The notes beneath the pieces were generated by a model. It did not search any database and had not been told where the DNA came from. It worked only from the letters and a program-made list of their open reading frames with translations. From assembly GCA_002779825.1 (NCBI GenBank), contig PEVN01000512.1:7826-71825 (forward strand): a stretch of DNA of 64,000 nucleotides, given 5' to 3'. Below, in pieces: positions 22,651 through 31,583 of this stretch. The DNA is from Armatimonadetes bacterium CG06_land_8_20_14_3_00_66_21 (GTDB lineage Bacteria; Armatimonadota; Abditibacteriia; CG2-30-66-41). Position numbers and translations under genes: made by a program. Numbering within the stretch: position 1 is the first letter of the stretch; each line of letters starts with the position of its first letter.

Positions 22651-23670
22651 ATGTCAGTACGCCTCGGATTCATCGGCACCGGCGGCATCGCCCGGCGCCA
22701 TCTCACCAACTGCAAAGACCATCCCGACGTGGAGATCGTCGGGCAGTGCGACGTGGTGCTTGAGCGCGCCCAAGCTGCCGCCACCGAGTTCGGCGGCAAC
22801 GCCTACCAGAGCGCCGAAGACCTGTACGACAAGGAGAAGCCCGACGCCGTCGTTCTCTGCACGCCTCCCTTTGCCCACGGCGACCTCGAGGAGGGCGCCG
22901 CGCGGCGCGGGATCCACTTCTTCGTTGAGAAGCCCGTCGCCATCGACATGGCAATGGCGAACCGCGTCCAGCGAGTCGTCGAGGAGACCGGCATCACCAC
23001 CCAGGTGGGCTACATGTTCCGGCTCGCGGAGGGACCCAAGAAGGCGCGCGAACTGCTGGCGACCCGCGCCGTAGCCATGGTGCAGGCGCACTACTACATG
23101 CCCGGTCTGCCCGGACCAAGCTGGTGGCCGAAGATGGCGTTGGGCGGCGGACAGCTCGTCGAGCAGGCGACCCACATGTTGGACCTGGGTCGCTTCCTCG
23201 CCGGCGACGTGAAGAGCGTCACCGGCCGCACTGCCCGTGTCCGCGACTGGACCCCGCCCGCGGGCTACGAGCCCGCCCCCGGTTTGCTCAAGTACGCCGA
23301 CGGGTTTGAGATCCCAGACACCACCGGGTTGGTGATGGAGTATGAGTCCGGCGCGCTGGGCACACTGAGCTGTTCCATGGTCCCGCAAGCCGCGTGGGAC
23401 AATGGCTTCAAAGTCGTCGCCGACGGCCTGCTCGTGACTCTCGAAGGCGCCACTGCCCGCTGGGTCGGCGACGAAGAAGGCAACCTGCCTGCCGGCGCCA
23501 ACTGGGCCAACTACGTTCTCGACGAGTTCATCGCCGCCGTGAAAGACGGCACCGGCAAGACCAGCGTGCCGTACATTGAGGGCGTCAAGAGTCTCGCCGT
23601 CTCCCTCGCCGGCTATGAGTCCGTGAAGCGCGGCGGCGGGCCGGTGGAGATCGCCGAACTGGTGGACTGA
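22651..23670 (+). CDS. Gfo/Idh/MocA family oxidoreductase
   Basis: LGFIGTGGIA, CTPPFAH, FVEKP and GGQLVEQATHMLD motifs. AAGGAG RBS. Confidence 0.92.
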   Translation: MSVRLGFIGTGGIARRHLTNCKDHPDVEIVGQCDVVLERAQAAATEFGGNAYQSAEDLYDKEKPDAVVLCTPPFAHGDLEEGAARRGIHFFVEKPVAIDMAMANRVQRVVEETGITTQVGYMFRLAEGPKKARELLATRAVAMVQAHYYMPGLPGPSWWPKMALGGGQLVEQATHMLDLGRFLAGDVKSVTGRTARVRDWTPPAGYEPAPGLLKYADGFEIPDTTGLVMEYESGALGTLSCSMVPQAAWDNGFKVVADGLLVTLEGATARWVGDEEGNLPAGANWANYVLDEFIAAVKDGTGKTSVPYIEGVKSLAVSLAGYESVKRGGGPVEIAELVD

Positions 23671-23760
23671 GCCACCGCAGCTCCGGGGGGGACGCCCCCC
23701 CCGGTTCGATCCGCTCGGAAGCCAAGCGTCTGCGGCGCCATCAGGGAGAGGTGCACGAAC

Positions 23761-26700
23761 ATGCGCAGCTATGCAGCAATCGCCATTCTCGCGGCCTTCA
23801 CCGCAGCAGGGCACGCAGACCAGCTCCCCGACCTGCTTGTCGACCACGGCGCCCGTCTCGACGCGGGCTCTGTCACCGGCTGGACGGCGCAGCCCGGTTG
23901 GTTGGGCAATGCGTCGGGAACCGCGACGGTGACGGCCGAGGGGGCGCTAACGTGCTTCGCGGTGCCTGAGCCGAGGCGCGGGATGAAGTGGTCGCACGCG
24001 ATGGGCGGGGTGTGGCTGCAGGAGGCGCCGTGGCTGGTGGTGCGGTATCGCGCGCAGCAGTACGAGCCGACGGGTGGGTACTTTGTGTACCTGGACGACG
24101 GGGCGCACAAGGGCGAGGTGTATGCACTGAAGCCGGAGGATGTGAAGGCGGATGGGCAGTGGCATACGGTCGCAGTGGACGCGCAGGCGGCAGCGCATGG
24201 GGAAAGCATCGAGGCGGTCGCCGTGCAGGTGCAGACTGACGCAGCGGGCGACGGAAGGTTGTGGCTGGACTCGCTAACATTCATGGCGGCGCCGCCGGAA
24301 GGCGCCGAGGTTATCGGCGGCGGGGCAACGACGGCGGCGGCGGACTACTCCTTCCCAGTAGCCCAATCGCTGTGGGTGGCGCAGCCGTCGTGGCTGGCAG
24401 TGCCGACGGAGAAGCAGCGCACGGTCGTCGAGGGGGAGCGGGCGACCTTCGCGGTGAGCGAGGCGGGGCGAGGGATGAAGTGGTTGTGGAAGCTGCCGGA
24501 GTCGGCGCCCTTGGAGGGACGCGGCTACCTGGTGGTGCGGTATCGGGCCAGCAATGTGAGCGCGCAGGGCGACTACGCGATCAGCGTCTTGGGCAACCTG
24601 CTTGATGGCGGCATGAACTACACGACGGCGGCCATGCCCACGGAGTGGGCGTGCGACGGGCGGTGGCACACTGCGTCAATTGGTATTCGGCAGGTGACGG
24701 AGAAGTTCACTGCCGCCGAGGCGCTGGCCGTGCAGGTAATTGCTGACGCGCAACTGCCGGCCAAGCTGGAACTCGAGTCGCTCACGCTGGCGTCGCGGCC
24801 GGCGGAGTCGCCGCTGTCCGACTGGGTGGAGGCGCGCCCCGCGAAGGCGCACCCCGGGTTCGCGCCTGTGGAGCTCCCGGCAGAGCGCAACCTGGCGCTC
24901 GCCGACATGCTCGCGGCGCTGCAGATGAGCGGGACGTTCGACGCGAAGGAGATCGCGGTCGCCGGAGTGCCGTTCCGCCTGGCGCCGTCGCCGGAGCTGC
25001 TCTCGACTTCGCTGGACGGCACCGGCGAGCTGCGCGTGCCTCTGCAGGGAAAGGCGGCCGAGGTCTACGTGTTGACGCTGAACCTGTTCTGCGGGGGGGA
25101 GGAGCCGGTGCGCGGGAGCGGCAAGCTGACGGCGATCCGCGACGTGGACCGGTTTCGGTTGGCAGTGACGTACGCCGACGGACTGACCGACGAGTTCCTC
25201 CCGCTGGACGTGCTCACCGGTCGGCACGAAGTCCGCCGGGGGCCGGCGGTGGTGTGCGTGCCGGTGGACCCGAAGCGGGCGCTGCGCGAACTGACGCTGA
25301 CGGACGCGACTGAGCGGGGGGCGTTTGCGTTGGCGGCGGTTACGTTCGGGCGCCGCGGGACTTCGACTCCCTTCGCCGCCTCTCGCGGCCTCGGGGCGGC
25401 TTCAGTCGCTCAGTCAGACGGAGCGCGTTCGGGGGGCGCGGGCGAACTGCGGCTCTCCGAGAAGGGGGAGGTTGTGCGGCTGACAAGCGCCGGTTCGGCT
25501 GTTGCCCTTCGGCTTTCGCCGACGCCGTCGATTGTTGAGCTGACTCATGGAGCGACGGGCGCGACGTACCGACTCAGCGGCGACGCGGCGACGCTCTTCC
25601 AGGTGACGGTTGGCGGCGAGACGGTGCCCGCTGACGGTCTCACGCCCCTCTCCAAAGCCAGCCTGCAAGACGCCGCAGTGCACACAGCGTATCGTGTGGG
25701 CGACACGGGCGTGCAACTTGGGCTGACTGTCGAGTCTACGCCGACAGGAGAATTGCGGTTGCGGACTTCGCTGAAGAACGCCACGCAGGAGGCGAAGCAG
25801 GTCGCGCTGGTCGGCCCGCAGGTCGCCGGCTACGTTCTGGGCAACGACCTAACTGACAACTGGTACTTCGCGCTGAGCCAGAGCCTGCACTTCAGCAATC
25901 AGCCTGCACGCCTTTGCGCCCGGCACTGCGGTCACGGTTCGCCCGTGCAGTTCGTGACCACCTTCAACCCGCAGTCGGGCGACGGGCTGTATCTACGCAC
26001 CGAGGACACCCTCGGCGACTGTCGCAACTACGTCACGGAGAAGAGCGAAGCCGGCATGGCGGTCGGCGTTGAGTGTCCTGTGCGCGCCTTGGCGCCAGGC
26101 GAGACGGTCGCGCTCGCACCGACGGTGTTCGGCCTCTGCGGGGGCGACTGGCGCCCGGCGTTCCACGCCTACCGCGACTGGCTGAAGACGAGGTACCGGC
26201 CGGCGTCGCCGCGGAAGCAGTGGTTCCGCAACGTCTTCAACTTCCGGCAGCGATTCCTGTATGCTTGGGACCCGCTGTTCGACTCGGCGACGCGGAAGCT
26301 GGAGCTCGTCTCGGCCGTGCAGGAGGGTGAACGCAGCTTCGGCGGCGCCGACTACGTGCACCTGTTTGACTGGGGCTCGGTGCCGCAGTACGGCCGGGTG
26401 TATGGGCGCGAAGGCGACTATTCGCCCTTCGACCTGATGAGCTGGAAGAAGGAGGACCTCCGGGCGCAGGTCGCGGAACTACAGCAGGCCGGGGTGCCCG
26501 TCGGGCTGTACATCGAGGGCTACCTGCTCCAGGAGAACGGGAAGTTGGGCAGCGGGCGCGGCAAGGCCTGGCAGATCAAGAACGCCAAGGGCGAACCGCT
26601 CTACTGGCCGGAAAGCACAGAGATGTTCGTGTGCCCGTGGGTGAAGGACTGGCAGGCGGTGCAAGCACACACGTATGCGAACATGATCCGCGACCTGGGT

Positions 26701-27459
26701 GTGAACGGCATGTACCTCGACGAGTTCGGCTTCGCCGACGCCGGCAAGGACTGCTACGACCCGGCGCACGGGCACCCGGTGCCGGGGTACTGCGTGAGCG
26801 GCGAGCGCGATTGCACCCGACGCGTGCGCGGGGCGATGGACACCGTCAACCCGGAGACCGCCCTGTACGGCGAGGAGACGCCGCCCGACGTGAACTCCCA
26901 GTACCAGGACGGTTCGTTCACGTACGTCATGCGGCACAGCCTGCTGCAGAGCGCGTCGATACCGCTGAACCTGTTCCGCTTCGCTGTCCCGTCATTCAAG
27001 AGCTTCCAGATCCTCGTGTGCGACAAACCCACCGGCACGTGGGCGACAGGCGTCAAGTGGACGTTCTTCAACGGCGACGGCATCTGGTTGGAGGGTGTCG
27101 CCGGCGACTGGTTCGCATCCCAGACGCGAGCCGCCATCCGCAAGTGCCACGCGCTCCTGCGGGAGCATCGGGACGCCTTCACCTCAGACACCCCTGAACC
27201 GCTGGTACCGACGGAGCAATCCGGCGTCTACGCCAACCTCTTCCCTACCCCCACCAAGCGCGTCTACACACTGTACAATTCACAGCCGCAAACCGTCCGC
27301 GGCAATCTGCTGCGGGTGCCGCGACAGCCGGGCGCCAGATACCTGGATGCCTGGAACGGCAAATCGCTGACCCCCATGCCCGACGGAGCCGACGACCTGC
27401 TGCCGCTGGAGTTGGGGCCGATGGATGTCGGCTGCATCGTCTGCACGTCGGTGCAGTGA
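23761..27459 (+). CDS. Large secreted multidomain glycoside-hydrolase-like protein (DUF6259-like catalytic region, tandem N-terminal beta-sandwich repeats)
   Basis: Signal peptide and two internal repeats (W.AQP.WL...RGMKW...LVVRYRA...DG.WHT). The C-terminal region has VHLFDW, VGLYIEG, GMYLDEFG and YGEE, typical of TIM-barrel GH-like folds. Confidence 0.65.
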   Translation: MRSYAAIAILAAFTAAGHADQLPDLLVDHGARLDAGSVTGWTAQPGWLGNASGTATVTAEGALTCFAVPEPRRGMKWSHAMGGVWLQEAPWLVVRYRAQQYEPTGGYFVYLDDGAHKGEVYALKPEDVKADGQWHTVAVDAQAAAHGESIEAVAVQVQTDAAGDGRLWLDSLTFMAAPPEGAEVIGGGATTAAADYSFPVAQSLWVAQPSWLAVPTEKQRTVVEGERATFAVSEAGRGMKWLWKLPESAPLEGRGYLVVRYRASNVSAQGDYAISVLGNLLDGGMNYTTAAMPTEWACDGRWHTASIGIRQVTEKFTAAEALAVQVIADAQLPAKLELESLTLASRPAESPLSDWVEARPAKAHPGFAPVELPAERNLALADMLAALQMSGTFDAKEIAVAGVPFRLAPSPELLSTSLDGTGELRVPLQGKAAEVYVLTLNLFCGGEEPVRGSGKLTAIRDVDRFRLAVTYADGLTDEFLPLDVLTGRHEVRRGPAVVCVPVDPKRALRELTLTDATERGAFALAAVTFGRRGTSTPFAASRGLGAASVAQSDGARSGGAGELRLSEKGEVVRLTSAGSAVALRLSPTPSIVELTHGATGATYRLSGDAATLFQVTVGGETVPADGLTPLSKASLQDAAVHTAYRVGDTGVQLGLTVESTPTGELRLRTSLKNATQEAKQVALVGPQVAGYVLGNDLTDNWYFALSQSLHFSNQPARLCARHCGHGSPVQFVTTFNPQSGDGLYLRTEDTLGDCRNYVTEKSEAGMAVGVECPVRALAPGETVALAPTVFGLCGGDWRPAFHAYRDWLKTRYRPASPRKQWFRNVFNFRQRFLYAWDPLFDSATRKLELVSAVQEGERSFGGADYVHLFDWGSVPQYGRVYGREGDYSPFDLMSWKKEDLRAQVAELQQAGVPVGLYIEGYLLQENGKLGSGRGKAWQIKNAKGEPLYWPESTEMFVCPWVKDWQAVQAHTYANMIRDLGVNGMYLDEFGFADAGKDCYDPAHGHPVPGYCVSGERDCTRRVRGAMDTVNPETALYGEETPPDVNSQYQDGSFTYVMRHSLLQSASIPLNLFRFAVPSFKSFQILVCDKPTGTWATGVKWTFFNGDGIWLEGVAGDWFASQTRAAIRKCHALLREHRDAFTSDTPEPLVPTEQSGVYANLFPTPTKRVYTLYNSQPQTVRGNLLRVPRQPGARYLDAWNGKSLTPMPDGADDLLPLELGPMDVGCIVCTSVQ

Positions 27460-27559
27460 GCGCGGCCTGACAGTGTGGTGCGGGGAGGGATTCGCCGAGC
27501 AGCGACGAACCTCGGGGAAGCGGAGCCGGAGTGTTGGAGTTCTGGGGAGGAACCAAGCG

Positions 27560-27934
27560 ATGAAGGCTCTGGTCGTCGACGACGAGCCTGTCATGCGCCG
27601 CGTGGTTGAGAGGACACTGACGGACATGGGAGTCGAAGCGGTCTCCGAGACCAGCGGGCTGAACGCGCTCTATCGCGTCCACGAGCAGCCGTTCGACCTC
27701 GTGTTCATGGATCTCATGATGCCCGGGGGGAACGGCGTGTATGCCATCGAGGAAGTCCTGAAGCGTCGGCCGGGTACACGGATCGTCGCGATCACGGGTC
27801 TCGCCACGGATGAGATCGTCGCCAAGGCGCTGGAGCGGGGCGCGGAGTCGCGTCTGCGGAAACCGTTCTCGACACACGTGATCAGGGAGACCGTCGAGCG
27901 AGTGCGGCGGGAGAGCGACGGAGGAACAGCATGA
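27560..27934 (+). CDS. Stand-alone response regulator receiver
   Basis: ALVVDDE, FMDLMMP, AITG and LRKPF motifs. ATGA overlap with the next gene. Confidence 0.9.
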   Translation: MKALVVDDEPVMRRVVERTLTDMGVEAVSETSGLNALYRVHEQPFDLVFMDLMMPGGNGVYAIEEVLKRRPGTRIVAITGLATDEIVAKALERGAESRLRKPFSTHVIRETVERVRRESDGGTA

Positions 27935-29019
27935 AGATAGAACTCAGGCTTGGTCTGGTCGGCTGCGGCGGTCGCGGTCGCGGTATGTTCAAGCTGGCGA
28001 CCGGCGGGTTCGCCGGCGTCCAACCGGTCGCTGTCTGCGACCTCAGCCCGGACCTGGCGTCGGCGGCCGCCGCGGAGCACCCCGGCGCCGACCAGTTCAC
28101 CGACTTCGAGGCGATGCTCGACGGCGCGGCGTTGGATGCCCTCCTCGTCGAGACACCCGCCAACGTGCATGCTAAGCTCTGCGCGCAGGCGCTGCGGCGA
28201 AACGTCTACGTGATGGGCGACGTGCCGTGCGTGGACAGCCCAGCCGAAGCGCAACAGCTCTGGGATGCACAACAGGAGAGCGACGCGTTCTACATGTTGG
28301 GCGCGAACCCGAACATGTGGGCGTTTGTCGAGACGGCGGTCGATCTGAAAGAGAAGGGCTTGCTGGGCGAGCCGTACTACGCGGAGACCGAGTACATCCA
28401 CGACGTGCAATCGCTGTTCACAGCGACCCCCTGGCGCGAGACGTACGAGTCCATCAAGTACTGCACCCACTCCCTCGGCCCGATCATGCGGCTGATCGAC
28501 GAAGACCTGGAGTGGGTCTCGTGCTTCGATACGGGGAGCCACGTCAACAAGAAGCCCGGGCAGCACGATGCCATGGCGGCGCTGTTCCGCACGCGGTCGA
28601 ATGTCGCGGTGCGACTGCTGACGTCCTTCGTCAACCACTACCCCGGCTGCAACCATCACTACCGCGTGTACGGCACGAAGGGCTATTTCGAGCGCACGCC
28701 CGCCTACAACGGCGCGCCCAAGGTGCTGTTCCGGTCGACGGAACTGTATCTCGACAAGGCATTCGTCGAACTTCCCATCGACACGCTGCGCCCCGAGTAC
28801 GTCGGGAATGCCCGCGCCGCCGGGCACGGCGGTGCCGACTACGCGTTGCTGGACCGGTTCTTCGGGGCGGTCCGCACAGGCGGCCCCGCGCCCATTGGCG
28901 TGCGCGACGCCCTGCGGATGAGCTTGCCCGGTGTGCTCGCCGCGGAGTCGGCGCGGCGGGGAGGCGAGTTGCTGCGGATTGCGTATCCGTGGACGGCAAC
29001 GGACTGCACCGCACGCTGA
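27931..29019 (+). CDS. Gfo/Idh/MocA family oxidoreductase
   Basis: GLVGCGGRG, ETPANVH, EYIHD, YCTHSLGP and AGHGGADY motifs. Confidence 0.88.
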   Translation: MKIELRLGLVGCGGRGRGMFKLATGGFAGVQPVAVCDLSPDLASAAAAEHPGADQFTDFEAMLDGAALDALLVETPANVHAKLCAQALRRNVYVMGDVPCVDSPAEAQQLWDAQQESDAFYMLGANPNMWAFVETAVDLKEKGLLGEPYYAETEYIHDVQSLFTATPWRETYESIKYCTHSLGPIMRLIDEDLEWVSCFDTGSHVNKKPGQHDAMAALFRTRSNVAVRLLTSFVNHYPGCNHHYRVYGTKGYFERTPAYNGAPKVLFRSTELYLDKAFVELPIDTLRPEYVGNARAAGHGGADYALLDRFFGAVRTGGPAPIGVRDALRMSLPGVLAAESARRGGELLRIAYPWTATDCTAR

Positions 29020-29129
29020 GCTTCGCGCCACGGCCGCTGCAGCCCCCACTGCCGGCACGGGTCCGTGGGGCTGCCGGCTGGGCTTGCGCATGTCCCGGTG
29101 GTTGCGTATCCTCTGCAAGGTGAATTGAG

Positions 29130-29372
29130 GTGAAGCAATTGACGAGGACCCTGTCGAGCCTCGAGCGGGAAGTCCTCGACCTGCCCACTTCCCAACGGGC
29201 CGCGCTGGCTGACCGTATCCTGGTGAGTCTCGACGAGGAAGGGCGAGGGACGGTTGACGCGCTCTGGACCGAAGAAGTTGAGCACCGTATCGACGAGTAC
29301 GACCGGGGAGACGTGAAGGGCATTCCCGCCAGCGAGGTGCGCGCGAAGGCTCGGCGGATCCTGCAGGGATGA
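29130..29372 (+). CDS. Addiction module antitoxin (TIGR02574-like)
   Basis: LDLPTSQRAALADRILVSLD...W.EEVEHRI..YDRG pattern, overlapping a RelE/ParE gene. Confidence 0.88.
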   Translation: MKQLTRTLSSLEREVLDLPTSQRAALADRILVSLDEEGRGTVDALWTEEVEHRIDEYDRGDVKGIPASEVRAKARRILQG

Positions 29373-29674
29373 CGATAGAGTTCCATCCCGAGGCCGAAAG
29401 GGAGTTTCTGGACGCCATCGCCTTCTACCGCCGGGAGCGTCGGGACCTCGGCTATGAGTTCGGGGTGGAGGTCAACCGCACCCTCGAGCGCATTCTGCAC
29501 TCGCCAGACGCCTGGGCACCCCTTACCAGACGAACTCGCCGTTGCAGGACCAACCGGTTCCCGTACGGGGTGGTGTACCAGGTGCGAAGCGACTTGCTGT
29601 TCATCGTGAGCGTCATGCACCTGCACCGACAACCGAACTCGTGGCGACACGGACTCGCCCGTGACGAGTCCTGA
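29369..29674 (+). CDS. RelE/ParE family toxin
   Basis: FHPEAEREF..AIAFY, RFPYGVVY and IVSVMHLHRQP motifs. Confidence 0.9.
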   Translation: MTIEFHPEAEREFLDAIAFYRRERRDLGYEFGVEVNRTLERILHSPDAWAPLTRRTRRCRTNRFPYGVVYQVRSDLLFIVSVMHLHRQPNSWRHGLARDES

Positions 29675-29710
29675 CGTTGAGCTGTCGGACTTCCCTCAAG
29701 GAGACTCCAA

Positions 29711-30766
29711 GTGCCCCGCAAGATCATCACCCACGACGGAATGTCATTCGAGTACCGCGAGTACGAACTGCCTGCGCTCGCTGCAACGGAGGTACGGGTA
29801 CGCGTTGAGTTCGCCGCGCCCAAGCATGGGACGGAGCGGCATGGCATTGAGGGCAGCTCGTTCAACCGGAAGATATGGGACTCCGACCTGCGGATGTATC
29901 TGCCGAAGGTCGAAGACGACCAAGACCCGTCTTGGGCTTCCGGCGAGCGCGGCATCGGCAACATGGTCGTGGGGACCGTGACCGAAGTCGGCGGCGAGGC
30001 GACTCGCTATCGGCCCGGTGACCGGGTGTTCGGGTACGGCCAGATCTGCGAAGAGCATCAGCAACCCGAGGACCGCTGGTGGCCGCTTGGCAACCTGTCA
30101 CCCGACGACGCCGTGTGTGTCGACCCGGCGCACGTCGCCTTCGTCGCCGTGCGCGACGGCCACATCCGCCTCGGTGACACCGTGGCGGTGTTCGGACTGG
30201 GCGCGATTGGGCTATGCGCCGTGCAGCTCGCGCGCGCAGGCGGCGCGCGGAAGGTGTTCGCCGTCGATCCCATTGCCATTCGGCGCGAGTTCGCCCAGGG
30301 CCACGGCGCTGACGCGGCGTTCGACCCGGTAGCAGTCGACGCCGCGCTCCAGATCAAGCAGGCAACTGAGCGTCACGGCGTCGACGTGTCCATGGAGACC
30401 TCGGGCAACGGTCAGGCGCTCCACGAAGCTATCCGCTGCATCCGCCAATGCGGCACCATCGTCCACGTCCCTTGGGGGCCGCACGATTGCAGCGCCCTGC
30501 ATCTCGACGAAGAGTTTCACCTTAACCGGCCGACGATCATCGGCAGTCAAGCGTGGGAGGGTTGGGGCAACCCCGACCGCGACCATCCGCTCTGGAACCC
30601 GACGCGGGCGTTCGAGGCAACCCTCGAGCTGTTCCGCGCGGGGCTAGTCACCGGAAAGGGAATCCTGCATCCGGTGGTGCCCTTCGACGAAGCGCCGGAG
30701 GCGCTCAAAGCGATCTTCGTCCAGCCGGAGACGACCATCAAAGTGGGGGTCACGGTGGCAGACTGA
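29711..30766 (+). CDS. Medium-chain (zinc-binding-type) dehydrogenase
   Basis: GroES-like N-terminus (EVRVRVEFAAPKHGTE) and Rossmann motif VAVFGLGAIGL. AAGGAG before the GTG start. Confidence 0.85.
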   Translation: MPRKIITHDGMSFEYREYELPALAATEVRVRVEFAAPKHGTERHGIEGSSFNRKIWDSDLRMYLPKVEDDQDPSWASGERGIGNMVVGTVTEVGGEATRYRPGDRVFGYGQICEEHQQPEDRWWPLGNLSPDDAVCVDPAHVAFVAVRDGHIRLGDTVAVFGLGAIGLCAVQLARAGGARKVFAVDPIAIRREFAQGHGADAAFDPVAVDAALQIKQATERHGVDVSMETSGNGQALHEAIRCIRQCGTIVHVPWGPHDCSALHLDEEFHLNRPTIIGSQAWEGWGNPDRDHPLWNPTRAFEATLELFRAGLVTGKGILHPVVPFDEAPEALKAIFVQPETTIKVGVTVAD

Positions 30767-30827
30767 GACGAGCAATGGACCGGTCCTCGGCATACTGCGT
30801 CCACACGAACCATCGGCGACAAACCCC

Positions 30828-31037
30828 ATGGCATACGCTATCCCCCTTGTCCTCGCCGGAATCGCCGTGTACTGGGTGATCCGCAGGCGTCGCAGCCCAC
30901 ATGCACAGCCGATCGGCGACGCCTGCCCGCGATGCGGGGGCCGACTGGTGTACCGTCAGCGAACATTCCGAGGCAGCGCGCAGGAGCAGTACTGGGAATG
31001 CTCCGTAGGAGACTGCGGGTACCGGAAGTCCGTCTGA
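30828..31037 (+). CDS. Small membrane-anchored zinc-ribbon protein
   Basis: N-terminal TM followed by RRRR, then CPRCGG...WECSVGDCGY. Confidence 0.6.
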   Translation: MAYAIPLVLAGIAVYWVIRRRRSPHAQPIGDACPRCGGRLVYRQRTFRGSAQEQYWECSVGDCGYRKSV

Positions 31038-31180
31038 CGCGCCGCGCGCAAACGGCAGCCAATCCGTAGGGCCAGACCTGCGTGTCTGCCCCGGCAGCCT
31101 GCTCAGCGCGTGAGGGCGGCAGGGCCTGCGGTACGGCGAGGCGGGCTCGCTCGCCGCGCGAGGGCAGCCGGGGCCGTGCG

Positions 31181-31546
31181 TTACGACTTCGCGTGCTTGG
31201 CCAGCACCCGTGAGACGCTCTCCCGGAGCTTGCTGGTGTCGGACGACTTGACCAAGTACTCCTGGGCGGCGGCGCTCACGAAGTTGTCCCGGTAGCTGGA
31301 GTACGCGGTGTGGATGATCACCGGGACCCTCGGATCGCGGTCCAGGATCTTGCCCAGAGCGTCCAGCCCATCCATGATCGGCATGTTGATGTCCAGCACT
31401 ATGAGGTCCGGCCGGTCGTGCGTAACGGCCTCAACGGCGGCGAACCCGTCATGGACGGTCGTCACCACATGCTCGTCTTTCGCCAGCGCCTCACTGAACA
31501 GCAGACACTGGTTTCGGTCATCATCCGCCAATAGTATCTTTGCCAT
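31181..31546 (-). CDS. Single-domain response regulator
   Basis: ILLADDD, VLDINMP, HTAYS and YLVKS motifs. Downstream of a histidine kinase. Confidence 0.92.
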   Translation of the reverse strand: MAKILLADDDRNQCLLFSEALAKDEHVVTTVHDGFAAVEAVTHDRPDLIVLDINMPIMDGLDALGKILDRDPRVPVIIHTAYSSYRDNFVSAAAQEYLVKSSDTSKLRESVSRVLAKHAKS

Positions 31547-31583
31547 GGCGCTTGTCCTTCCCGACTCAGATTGCGACTGCGGT

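Noticed and set aside
23683-23704. G-run/C-run hairpin after the Gfo gene as a phase-variable tract
   Set aside because: It is intergenic and self-complementary, so a simple hairpin explains it.
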